In this document: positions 17,356 through 26,527 of the stretch, in pieces
Layout: each line of letters opens with the position of its first letter
Position numbering within the stretch: the stretch's first letter is position 1
Notes under the pieces: model-generated
Seen by the model: only the letters and a program-made list of their open reading frames with translations
Told to the model about the DNA's origin: nothing
Database searches by the model: none
Assembly (NCBI GenBank): GCA_964589775.1
Contig: CAZPUN010000018.1
Location: 23,114 to 55,113, forward strand
Source: an uncultured archaeon
Lineage (GTDB): Archaea; Asgardarchaeota; Thorarchaeia; Thorarchaeales; CAZPUN01
DNA: 32,000 bases
Direction: 5' to 3'
Program-made: the position numbers and the translations under genes

Positions 17356-18189
17356 ATGAAAGTAATTACACTTACGCCAAAAAAGGATTTCAACTTACCA
17401 GTAATTGGTTATAAAATAAGTCCTGATGAATTTTCTAATAAAACAATAGAAGAGATCAAACAATTACCTGCGCGGGAAGGAAATACAAGAAAAACTATTG
17501 GAGACCTATTTAATGTATCCGGAGAAACCGTAGATAGCGCAAAAGATCTTGAAATTAGAATTGAAGGCAATGCTGAGAAAGTTAAAAAAATAGGATATAA
17601 GATGACAGCAGGAAAAATAACAATTCAGGGTAATGCGGGATTCTATCTTGGAGATTCTATGCAAAATGGAGAAATTGAAGTTGAAGGTGATGCCCTATCA
17701 TGGTTAGGCGTTCGTATGCATGGTGGAAAAATCCACATACATGGAAGAGCAGGAGATTTCATAGGTGGCTCATATAGAGGAATGATGCTAGGAATTGAAC
17801 AAGGTGAAATAATAGTTGATAAAGACGCAGGGAGCTACATAGGATTTTGGATGAGAGGTGGAAAAATCCATATCAAAGGAAATACAGGACCATTTGCAGG
17901 CATGCATATGCAAGGTGGTCAAATTCTCATTGAAGGAAATACAGGTGCAAAACTTGGAGCATTAATGAAAAAAGGAAAGATCATCCTTATGGGTCATACA
18001 CCCAGAATTTTACCCAGTCATACATTTGAAGAAATTAAGAAGAGTGCAAAGTTTAGTGGCATAAAATATCAAGGACCATTCTATTTGTTTACAGGAGATA
18101 TAGCTGAAGATGGAACTGGAAAAGTCTATATCAACAAAGAAGCAAATCCACAATTAGCATTTTATGAAAAATATATTGAAGATATATGA
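17356..18189 (+). CDS. fwdC: Formylmethanofuran dehydrogenase subunit C
   Basis: GXGXG beta-helix repeats (MTAGKITIQGNAG, MHGGKIHIHGRAG, IGGSYRG); position in the operon. Confidence 0.95.
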   Translation: MKVITLTPKKDFNLPVIGYKISPDEFSNKTIEEIKQLPAREGNTRKTIGDLFNVSGETVDSAKDLEIRIEGNAEKVKKIGYKMTAGKITIQGNAGFYLGDSMQNGEIEVEGDALSWLGVRMHGGKIHIHGRAGDFIGGSYRGMMLGIEQGEIIVDKDAGSYIGFWMRGGKIHIKGNTGPFAGMHMQGGQILIEGNTGAKLGALMKKGKIILMGHTPRILPSHTFEEIKKSAKFSGIKYQGPFYLFTGDIAEDGTGKVYINKEANPQLAFYEKYIEDI

Positions 18190-18199
18190 GGTAAAAAGC

Positions 18200-19159
18200 A
18201 TGCAACCAAGTGTAAATAATTATGCAATGAATCTTGTAAATTTTATCATCCAATCTGCAGAACAACTACGAGTCCGAATGCAAATCACACACAATGGAGC
18301 AAAAGTTATTGATATGGGCATTGAAGTGCCGGGCGGATTCGAAGCAGGCATGGCGATGGCTAATGTTTGCTTAGGGGGTCTAGGAAATGTAGAAATTACA
18401 ACAAAAGACTATGGAGAACACTTCTTACCTGCGATACGAGTATTAACGGATTATCCAGCAATTGCAACATTAGGCTCTCAATTCGCAGGCTGGCGTATTA
18501 AAACCGATGATTATTTTGCGATGGGGTCAGGCCCGGCGAGAGCTTTATCACTTATGCCAAAAGAACTCTACGACGATATCGAATATCAAGACGCATGGGA
18601 TAAAGCAGTACTATGCCTTGAGGCATCAGCCATGCCAACGAAAAGTGCAATTGAAAAAATTTCCGAAAAAACAAAGATCGATCCTAATGAAATATACATA
18701 TTGATTGCGCCCACCCAAAGTATTACAGGTTCGGTTCAAATTTCAGCTAGAGTCGTAGAAACAGGGATTCATAAAGCTCACATGATTGGATTAGATCCAA
18801 AGAAAGTAGTATCTGCAATCGGAATTGCACCAATTGCACCATTACACCCAAGTCAATTAAAAATGATGGGACGAACAAATGATGCAATTCTATATGGTGG
18901 TGAAGTATACCTCTATGTAGACTGGAAAGATGATGATGATAAACTAAAGGAATTGACAGAAAAGATCCCATCATCTAGTTCTGACATGTATGGAAAGCCA
19001 TTTGTAGAAATTTTCAAAGATGCGGGAAAAGACTTCTACAATATTGACCCAAATATATTTGCACCTGCGAAAATAACAATCAATAACATAAATACAGGTA
19101 AGACATTTCATGCAGGAAAAATCAACATAGAAACTCTTGTGAAGTCATTTAATTTATAG
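18200..19159 (+). CDS. mch: Methenyl-H4MPT cyclohydrolase
   Basis: VCLGGLG, LGSQFAGW, FAMGSGPARAL, APTQSITGSVQISARVVETG, MGRTNDAILYGG, YGKPF, DFYNIDP..FAPA. ATG 18200 with GAGGT RBS preferred over 18164. Confidence 0.97.
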   Translation: MQPSVNNYAMNLVNFIIQSAEQLRVRMQITHNGAKVIDMGIEVPGGFEAGMAMANVCLGGLGNVEITTKDYGEHFLPAIRVLTDYPAIATLGSQFAGWRIKTDDYFAMGSGPARALSLMPKELYDDIEYQDAWDKAVLCLEASAMPTKSAIEKISEKTKIDPNEIYILIAPTQSITGSVQISARVVETGIHKAHMIGLDPKKVVSAIGIAPIAPLHPSQLKMMGRTNDAILYGGEVYLYVDWKDDDDKLKELTEKIPSSSSDMYGKPFVEIFKDAGKDFYNIDPNIFAPAKITINNINTGKTFHAGKINIETLVKSFNL

Positions 19160-19170
19160 AGGTGCATTAT

Positions 19171-20070
19171 GTGAAGCCTGTGGGAATTGTAACCAATTAT
19201 TCAGAAGGATATGCATCTACTGAACTAAAACGTGCTTTCGAAGAAAGAAACATAGGAGTAAAATTCTTACGATTTATCAGATTCTCCGCAGGCATTAATA
19301 TTGATTATACGTTAAAGGGTATAACAACTCATGAGAAAGAACATCGCGATGTATTAAACGATTTTTCAGCATTGATTATAAGACCCATCGGAAAATCATC
19401 ATTGGAAACAGGAATATTTAGACTAGATATCTTGCATATGTTAGAAAGAAAGGGACTACCAATTATTAATCCTGCAAAGAGTATAGAGATTTGTACAGAC
19501 AAATATTACACATCAGCATTACTCCATGAACGCGGATATAAAGTGCCACCAACAATAGTGACAGAATCACCAGTGCAAGCCCTTGATGCATTTTATAAAT
19601 TAGGTGGCGACGTTGTTGTAAAACCATTATTTGGCTCAAGAGGAATTGGAATAGTCCGCGTGAATGATCCAGACCAAGCTCAAATTATTTTCAACTCATT
19701 AAAATTTAATCATTCAGTGATATATCTCCAGAAATTCATTCCACACAAGCATCGAGATATTCGTGTTTTTGTCGTAAATGATGAAGTAATTGCGGCCATG
19801 TATAGAGTTGGAACCTCATGGAAAACCAACATTGCAACTGGAGCAATTCCTCAGAAGGCTGAACTTTCTGATGAAATATATAACACAGCAATAAAAGCAG
19901 CAAAAGAATTGGGATGCTTAGTTGCAGGTGTTGATTTCATAGAAAGCCAAGATCAGATATATATTACAGAATTAAACAGCCAACCGGGTTGGAAAGGAAT
20001 CCAGCAAATAACCAAGGTAGATATTGCTGGTGAAATTGCGAAATTTATTATTGAGTATGTAAGGAGATAA
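19171..20070 (+). CDS. RimK-family ATP-grasp glutamate ligase (MptN/Orf5-like)
   Basis: DKYYTS, VVVKPLFGSRGIG, YLQKFI, DIRVFV, WKTNIATG, AGVDFI, ELNSQPGW. Directly follows mch. GTG 19171 follows GAGGTG. Confidence 0.88.
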   Translation: MKPVGIVTNYSEGYASTELKRAFEERNIGVKFLRFIRFSAGINIDYTLKGITTHEKEHRDVLNDFSALIIRPIGKSSLETGIFRLDILHMLERKGLPIINPAKSIEICTDKYYTSALLHERGYKVPPTIVTESPVQALDAFYKLGGDVVVKPLFGSRGIGIVRVNDPDQAQIIFNSLKFNHSVIYLQKFIPHKHRDIRVFVVNDEVIAAMYRVGTSWKTNIATGAIPQKAELSDEIYNTAIKAAKELGCLVAGVDFIESQDQIYITELNSQPGWKGIQQITKVDIAGEIAKFIIEYVRR

Positions 20071-20077
20071 TAGAATA

Positions 20078-21019
20078 ATGATTTCAGTCGATGATATTGC
20101 AGCTTCTATTCAACTTGCCATGGCATTTGAAGTCAGCGGATATCCAAAGCCAGGAAATGTAGATCGATTACATGACTATGAAGATACCTATTTTGAACAT
20201 TTTATTGCTTCAGCCATTGGTATGGGGAGCGTACTACGAGATACAGCTCAACGTGGAAAGGATGTAAAGGAAGGAAAAATCAGACATATTGACTCAGAAG
20301 TAGGATTGTTCATGAAAAAAGCAGTTGAGGCATCTAATAGATGGCAACATGGAGGAAATACACACTTAGGAACCATTATTTTAGTAATACCAATTGCACT
20401 CGGTGCGGGATATATATCAGACGAAGAAAACATTGATGCAATCAAGTTAAGAAAATCAATTTCAGAATTTTTAAAAAATACAACCCCACAGGATACCTTA
20501 AACTTGTATGATGCGATCAGATTAGCAAATCCTGCAGGATTAGGAAAAACGAACAAATATGATGTTACTGAAGATTCTGGAAAAGCCGAAGTGATAAAAG
20601 ATAATATTACAATGTTAGATATTTTCAGATTTTCAGCTTCTTATGATAATATTTCAAAAGAGTGGGTAAATAATTTTGAAGTGACATTCGAACTTGGTTA
20701 TCCAAAATTCATTCAATATTATGAAGAGACTAAAAATATAAATATCGCAACAGTTCATACATTTCTGGAGATCCTCTCCAAATATCCAGATACCCTTATT
20801 GCACGTAGGGCGGGCGAACTCTGGTCTGCCAGAGCCTCCGAAATGGCTACTGAAGTTTTAGAAAACGGAGGGCTGCTAAGGGAGAAAGGGCGAAAACTCC
20901 TCGAGGAGATGGATAAATCTCTGAGAGGTAAAGAAAATCACTTACTTAATCCAGGAACTACTGCAGACTTTGTAGCATCTAGTATTTCAGTGGCATGTAT
21001 CTTAGGTTTTCGCCCATAA
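20078..21019 (+). CDS. CitG-family triphosphoribosyl-dephospho-CoA synthase-like protein (Orf7-like)
   Basis: EVSGYPKPGNVDR, NTHLGTIIL, PDTLIARRAG, NPGTTAD. The mch-orf5-orf7 order is known from H4MPT clusters. Confidence 0.9.
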   Translation: MISVDDIAASIQLAMAFEVSGYPKPGNVDRLHDYEDTYFEHFIASAIGMGSVLRDTAQRGKDVKEGKIRHIDSEVGLFMKKAVEASNRWQHGGNTHLGTIILVIPIALGAGYISDEENIDAIKLRKSISEFLKNTTPQDTLNLYDAIRLANPAGLGKTNKYDVTEDSGKAEVIKDNITMLDIFRFSASYDNISKEWVNNFEVTFELGYPKFIQYYEETKNINIATVHTFLEILSKYPDTLIARRAGELWSARASEMATEVLENGGLLREKGRKLLEEMDKSLRGKENHLLNPGTTADFVASSISVACILGFRP

Positions 21020-21041
21020 AGAAAAAAGTGAGGCGAACCAG

Positions 21042-21740
21042 ATGTCAGAAATAGATAGACCAAGTATAAGAATATCACTTATTGCTATTTTCGCTGCCCT
21101 TGATACAGTTTTAACCCTGATTCCGGGGCCATGGAGAAGCTGGGTTATTATAGTCGAAGCTTCCGTAGGAATTATTCTCGGACCCTATATTGGAGGACTC
21201 GCAATTTTAATTGGATCTCTCCTTGGGCATTTTTACCGGGAAGGCGCAGGATTAATGTTGCTTTTTGGACTTGGAGAACCAATAGGAGCAATGAGCGCGG
21301 GATTCTTATACAGAAAGCGATACAAAGAGACTATCATACTATATACGGTATTCTTAGTGGGATATCTACTCACACCAATTTCATGGCAATTACCATTATG
21401 GGCATTATGGGACACAATACTTGCATATGCGCTTATATTCGTTCTAATAGCATTCACAAAATATATCAAAATAGAAAATCTACGCTTCAAAGAATTAATC
21501 ACACTTGGATTAATTGGATTCATAGCATCTGGAATAGATGTCATGTTTAGAATATTCGTACTAATCACACTTCACGTATATGTAATATGGGGTCTTACAG
21601 TTCCAGTATTACAAAGCCTATGGATATCCGGAGCATTACTAACACCAATTGAAGATTTAATTTCGACCATTGCAACAATAACAATAGCACCATCAATATT
21701 ATATGCCATGAAATCCATAGGAATACTTCAAGAAACATAA
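21042..21740 (+). CDS. Membrane protein, probable ECF transporter S component
   Basis: About 6-7 hydrophobic segments; ISLIAIFAAL and GIILGPYIGGLAILIGSLLG match the S-component pattern. Confidence 0.7.
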   Translation: MSEIDRPSIRISLIAIFAALDTVLTLIPGPWRSWVIIVEASVGIILGPYIGGLAILIGSLLGHFYREGAGLMLLFGLGEPIGAMSAGFLYRKRYKETIILYTVFLVGYLLTPISWQLPLWALWDTILAYALIFVLIAFTKYIKIENLRFKELITLGLIGFIASGIDVMFRIFVLITLHVYVIWGLTVPVLQSLWISGALLTPIEDLISTIATITIAPSILYAMKSIGILQET

Positions 21741-21798
21741 AAGCAGGCGATAGCCTGTTTAATTTTTTATTATTAAATATAGAAAAAGTGAATTGAAT

Positions 21799-23067
21799 AT
21801 GAAAATCTCATTTGTTTATTTGCCTTACCTAAAAGAAACAGAAGAGGAAGAAAAGGGAGTCTTCCCGCCATTAGGAGTGGCATATATTGCTGCAGTATTG
21901 AGAATGTATGGGCATGAATCACAAATAATAGATATGGAAGCAGAAAACCTAACATCTTCTGAGGTAATAAGTCGGATAAGTGAGTTCGAACCAGACGTGG
22001 TCGGCTTGAGCTTTGTTACTGCAGGATATAAAAATTTCATAGCACTTAGCTCAAAAATTAGAGATGAACTGAACATTAAAGCGATTATATCGGGAGGACC
22101 ACACATAAGTGCTCAACCGGAAGATGCAATACCATATTCAGATATTGGTGTGATTGGAGAAGGCGAATACACGACTTTAGAAATTTTGAATACATTAAGA
22201 ATGAAAGATAATCTCAGGCAAGTAAAAGGGATCATTTTTAAGGACAAGGAACAAATCATCAAAACACCACCAAGACCACCAATTGAAAATATTGATGAAA
22301 TCCCATTTCCAGCAAGAGATTTATTAAATATGGAATTGTATGGAGATAATAAAGGCTCAATTATGACAAGCCGCAGTTGCCCCTTTAATTGCATATTCTG
22401 CGCTTCGCGACAAATTTTTGGTAGAGGATTTAGAGCACGATCTGCAAAAAATGTCGTAGATGAAATCGAATTACTCATAACAAAATATAATGTAGAGAAA
22501 CTCCGAATCTTAGATGACATGTTTACATTTGATAAAAAGCGAGTTTTTGAAATCTGTGAAATAATTAAAGAACGAAATATAAAAGTAAGATGGGAATTAA
22601 CAAATGGAACACGAGTGAATTCAGTAACTCCAGAATTATTAAAAGCTATGAAAGAAGCGGGACTATATAGAGTATATTATGGAATCGAAAGTGGATCCCC
22701 AAAAGTCCTCAAGGCATTAAGAAAAGGAATTACATTGGACCAAGTGCGAAAAGCTATCAAATGGACAAAGGATGCAGGAATTGAAGTAGGAGGATTTTTC
22801 ATGATCGGAAATCCAACAGAAACAATTGAGGACGTAAGAATGACTGAAAAATTAATACAAGAGTTGGACCTGGATTATGTACACATCAGTATCACTACGC
22901 CATACCCCGGCTCAGATTTATACAAATGGGTTGAAAAGAATGCAAGATTTATAACAAAGGACTATGAGGATTTTGAGAAGGATTTTGTATTTGATACTCC
23001 AGATTTTCCAATTGAGATGCGAAGAAAAATATATCATGAATTATACGAAAAATATTGCAGCCATTAG
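21799..23067 (+). CDS. Cobalamin-binding radical SAM enzyme (class B-like)
   Basis: PPLGVAYIAA, PDVVGLS, GGPH, GEGE B12-domain motifs; CxxxCxxC in SRSCPFNCIFC; GIESGS, FMIGNPTET, TPYPGS. Confidence 0.93.
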   Translation: MKISFVYLPYLKETEEEEKGVFPPLGVAYIAAVLRMYGHESQIIDMEAENLTSSEVISRISEFEPDVVGLSFVTAGYKNFIALSSKIRDELNIKAIISGGPHISAQPEDAIPYSDIGVIGEGEYTTLEILNTLRMKDNLRQVKGIIFKDKEQIIKTPPRPPIENIDEIPFPARDLLNMELYGDNKGSIMTSRSCPFNCIFCASRQIFGRGFRARSAKNVVDEIELLITKYNVEKLRILDDMFTFDKKRVFEICEIIKERNIKVRWELTNGTRVNSVTPELLKAMKEAGLYRVYYGIESGSPKVLKALRKGITLDQVRKAIKWTKDAGIEVGGFFMIGNPTETIEDVRMTEKLIQELDLDYVHISITTPYPGSDLYKWVEKNARFITKDYEDFEKDFVFDTPDFPIEMRRKIYHELYEKYCSH

Positions 23068-23076
23068 GTGTTCAAT

Positions 23077-24075
23077 TTGAAACTAAGAGAAGGACAATTT
23101 ATTCAATCAAAAGATGAGTTCATATTTGATGTTAAAGGCATAATTCATCCGCCAAATAAAGTGATCGCATTCATACGATATATACCAGATGAAATAGGAA
23201 ACAGAGTCAAAGCGAATAAGAAATTTAGAAAAATTTACGACCTTCAAGAACGCTTTCGATACCTTCGCTCAGTTCATCCAGAATATGTGTATTTCGATAA
23301 AATCTTAGGTACTGAAATTATAGGAGTACCAGATAAAGACATTATAAAAGTATATGACCCAATTAAAAAACTCCAAAGTATCATGAATGAAGGACCTACA
23401 TCAAAATTACAAAAGTCATTAGTAGAGATGGTGTCAATCTTAGAACGCTATGGCATGAACATAAATTGTTTAGGAATATCCGGTTCAATTCTTGTCGGTC
23501 TAGACAATCCAGATTCCGACATTGACCTCGTGTGCTATGGTTTTGATAATTGCAAGAATCTTAGACAAGTTCTTTTAGAAATATACCAACAAAATGAAAG
23601 AATTAAACAGTATAATAATAAAACAATTAGATCATTATATACGTTTAGAGGGGGAAATATAGATTTTGAAACATTTGTAAGAATCGAGACAAGAAAAATA
23701 CTCCAAGGTACATTTGATAATATTGATTTTTATATAAGATGTGTAAAAGATTGGAAAGAAATTAACGAAAAATATGGTGATAAAATCTATAAAAAAATAG
23801 GTAATGCAGAAATTGAAGCAGAAATCATAGATGATTCTGAATCTTTTATGAGTCCAGTGAGATATGGCGTAAAATTACTAAAAATTATAAGTGGCCCAGA
23901 TGTGAATATTATAGAAATTAGTTCGTATAGAGGTAGATTTTGTGAGATTGCAAAAAGTGGCGATATCGTACGAGCTTGGGGAACCATTGAACAAGTTTCA
24001 GAAAAGGAAAAAATATGGTACCGACTATTACTAGGAAATTCACCATCAGATTATTTAATACAAAAAAAGAATTAA
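23077..24075 (+). CDS. COG1665-type predicted nucleotidyltransferase, paralog 4
   Basis: Motif LGISGSILVG...SDIDLVCYG; FDVKGIIHP...AFIRYIP; SYRGRFCE. TTG 23077 (MKLREG) follows AGGTG; alternative start GTG 23068. Confidence 0.87.
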   Translation: MKLREGQFIQSKDEFIFDVKGIIHPPNKVIAFIRYIPDEIGNRVKANKKFRKIYDLQERFRYLRSVHPEYVYFDKILGTEIIGVPDKDIIKVYDPIKKLQSIMNEGPTSKLQKSLVEMVSILERYGMNINCLGISGSILVGLDNPDSDIDLVCYGFDNCKNLRQVLLEIYQQNERIKQYNNKTIRSLYTFRGGNIDFETFVRIETRKILQGTFDNIDFYIRCVKDWKEINEKYGDKIYKKIGNAEIEAEIIDDSESFMSPVRYGVKLLKIISGPDVNIIEISSYRGRFCEIAKSGDIVRAWGTIEQVSEKEKIWYRLLLGNSPSDYLIQKKN

Positions 24076-24081
24076 GGAAAA

Positions 24082-25002
24082 TTAGAGAAGGTCTTTCAAA
24101 TATACTTTCATTTTACCTAGTTTCCCACCGTAATTTGCTGCTGTAATCTGAACAATTCCATCTACTTTTGCTGCAGCATGAAGCGCAGCCTTCATAGCTT
24201 TACTAACATCGTCGAGGGTCATGCCATTAATTACAAGTTCATAAACGGATTTGACACCCTCTGGAATTTTTGATTCAGGAACTTTATCACGAATACTCGG
24301 ACAATAGAAATGATTTGTAGATGCAGCAAGTTTGTATTTTAATGAACCCACTTTTGAACCTGAACGGCAGATACCACCTGGAAATGGTAGTACTGCTTTT
24401 GCATCAGTCTGTTTGATCGCTTCAACAGCATCCTCAGAAGCCTTCAATCCGGATTTCCAATCTTTTGCTAGAATTAATAGATTTCCACCGGCAGCAGCTT
24501 TCTTTGTACCCATTAGATCTTCTATTAGATAATCGCCTTCCATTACAGGAATACGCCACATATTGCGACCATATAGTTCCTCATTAGATTCAAAGCCGTC
24601 ACCAAACATTCTTAGAGAATTACCAATCTTGAGCTTTCTTTTGGCTTCAGGAATTCCATCAAATGTAGCTGTTGTTGGACAAGTAAGAACACATTGACCT
24701 AATCTAGTCAAAATTTGAGCTCTAAGCATGATTCTAGTTTTATGATAAATATGAATTATGACTCCAGGCCGCCCATCGGGAGTTTCACTGGGCGATAGAA
24801 AACGTTCAATTCCTGCTTCAGCAGGTGACATAATTATTGAGGAGGCAAATCCTGTAGCAACTTGAGCTGCAGTTTTAGCCCATTTCTCATTTGCAGCAGT
24901 AATTAAAATTCTGGAACCCCACATGGGGAAGAGTTCTGCAAATGTATCAATTATTTCGACATTTCCAAGCTTAATTACATTTACCCCCTGGATATTTAAC
25001 AT
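24082..25002 (-). CDS. ftr: Formylmethanofuran:H4MPT formyltransferase
   Basis: EIIDTFAE, ATGFASS.IMSPAEAGIE, ETPDGRPG, RLGQCVLTCPTT, FGDGFE, WRIPVMEG, GGN, PFPGGICRSGSKVGS, ASTNH, YELVING, AANYGGKLG. Start is ATG 25002 or ATT 24975. Confidence 0.97.
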   Translation of the reverse strand: MLNIQGVNVIKLGNVEIIDTFAELFPMWGSRILITAANEKWAKTAAQVATGFASSIIMSPAEAGIERFLSPSETPDGRPGVIIHIYHKTRIMLRAQILTRLGQCVLTCPTTATFDGIPEAKRKLKIGNSLRMFGDGFESNEELYGRNMWRIPVMEGDYLIEDLMGTKKAAAGGNLLILAKDWKSGLKASEDAVEAIKQTDAKAVLPFPGGICRSGSKVGSLKYKLAASTNHFYCPSIRDKVPESKIPEGVKSVYELVINGMTLDDVSKAMKAALHAAAKVDGIVQITAANYGGKLGKMKVYLKDLL

Positions 25003-25003
25003 C

Positions 25004-25041
25004 TTTTGTGATATAGCACAAAATAGTATTTATACTTTTTC
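25004..25041 (-). promoter_or_regulatory. ftr promoter: BRE-TATA followed by palindrome TTTTGTG-CTATAT-CACAAAA
   Basis: The minus strand reads GAAAAAG-TATAAATA-CTA-TTTTGTGCTATATCACAAAA. Confidence 0.6.
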
Positions 25042-25063
25042 GCATATCTATTTTGCAAAATAG

Positions 25064-25684
25064 TTATGATTCATCAGGAGAGAGATCATTCCCACAAGAA
25101 GCACAAATCAGAGCACTTGAGCGAACCAATGCACCACAATAAGGACAACGCCTTTGAATGGGTGATAAATCATAATTTTCGCTAATATGATTTCGATTTT
25201 GATTGTATTTATAGATATAAGAGCCTAAAATCGCAGACGCACCAGAAATTATTCCAATCAAACTTGCTCTAAGATATATAGAAATAATAAGATTCGACTG
25301 TTGTATATTTTCTAATAAATGCCAATCATATGAAAAGTATTGCTGGATCATAAGAGTGTAGAGATAAGCAAGAATAATATTTTCAATCAGTAATACTATG
25401 AAAGATGTTTTAGATCGCTTTACAAAATATCCAAAGGGCAGAGCCGGTAAAATCCAGAAAATGAAGAGCATGCCGAGATTTACTTCATACCAATGAAAAT
25501 TAGTAAAGGGCAATTCTGTTATCAAAAGAGATATACTAGTAGTTGAGAACAATATGGATTTCCAAAATGGAGTTAATGATGATGAGATATATAATTTAAG
25601 ATAAATATCATGAAACCCAAATAGAGAAAGAACATATATAATGCCAATGAAAAAAATAAACGCCATAAGTAGTTCAGCAAACAT
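25064..25684 (-). CDS. Membrane protein (about 5 TM) with C-terminal zinc ribbon
   Basis: Hydrophobic segments followed by CPYC-x10-CASC. GAGGTGA RBS before GTG/ATG 25684. Confidence 0.75.
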   Translation of the reverse strand: MFAELLMAFIFFIGIIYVLSLFGFHDIYLKLYISSSLTPFWKSILFSTTSISLLITELPFTNFHWYEVNLGMLFIFWILPALPFGYFVKRSKTSFIVLLIENIILAYLYTLMIQQYFSYDWHLLENIQQSNLIISIYLRASLIGIISGASAILGSYIYKYNQNRNHISENYDLSPIQRRCPYCGALVRSSALICASCGNDLSPDES

Positions 25685-25694
25685 CACAATCACC

Positions 25695-26525
25695 TCAATA
25701 GAATGCAAGCCCTCCTAATCCAAGTATAAATCTAATGTAAATGAAAATTACAAATAGAATTAAGAAAAGTACAGATGCAACAATGTCAAGTTTTGTGAAT
25801 TTTATCTCTCGATAGTATGTACGCTCTTTTTTAAAACCAAAAGCTCGAGAATTCATAGCAAGTGAAAGAAATACGGAATCACGCATCGAACTAACAATCA
25901 AGGGAATTAAAAGCGAGGCGTAGGATTTTAATCGCTTTGCTATATTTTGACTTTCAAGATCTGCTAACCCTCTTGATTTTTGGGCATCTATGATATCATT
26001 AGCTTTATTTTGAATACTTGGAAGCAAATTTAATGCTGATGAAAAGGTAAATGCGAATAGATATGGAACTTTCAGCTTAAGTAATCCAATTATTAATTTA
26101 TCAAGTGCAGTTGTATAAATAACAAGGGGACCCACAATCATTAATATAATTATTCTAAGGCTCATAGCAATTCCTAAGATAAGGCCTTCATAAGTTAATG
26201 CACCTACATTTCCAATTAGAGGATTTGGAGGAATTATTCTTAAAATAGGAGTATAACCCTCTTCAGGAAATGTTAACCCTTGTATTATTATTAAAAGAAC
26301 AATAGAAAACGTTACGTATTTGTAAAGACCAAGAAGACGTCTTATGGGTATTTGAGCCTCAAACCAAAACACTAGACATATCAATAAAATTATGAACAAA
26401 AAGAATGGATCTGAAAAAATCAAAGATAATATTGAAAAAACTACCATAAAGAGAATTTTCGTTCGAGGATCTAATCGATGAAACATCGTTTCGCGTTCAA
26501 TGTAAATATCAGTTGCATTTACCAT
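25695..26525 (-). CDS. ecfT: ECF transporter transmembrane component T
   Basis: HRLDPRTK N-terminus; two X-R-X coupling motifs, DAQKSRG and AMNSRAF. Confidence 0.93.
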   Translation of the reverse strand: MVNATDIYIERETMFHRLDPRTKILFMVVFSILSLIFSDPFFLFIILLICLVFWFEAQIPIRRLLGLYKYVTFSIVLLIIIQGLTFPEEGYTPILRIIPPNPLIGNVGALTYEGLILGIAMSLRIIILMIVGPLVIYTTALDKLIIGLLKLKVPYLFAFTFSSALNLLPSIQNKANDIIDAQKSRGLADLESQNIAKRLKSYASLLIPLIVSSMRDSVFLSLAMNSRAFGFKKERTYYREIKFTKLDIVASVLFLILFVIFIYIRFILGLGGLAFY

Positions 26526-26527
26526 TT

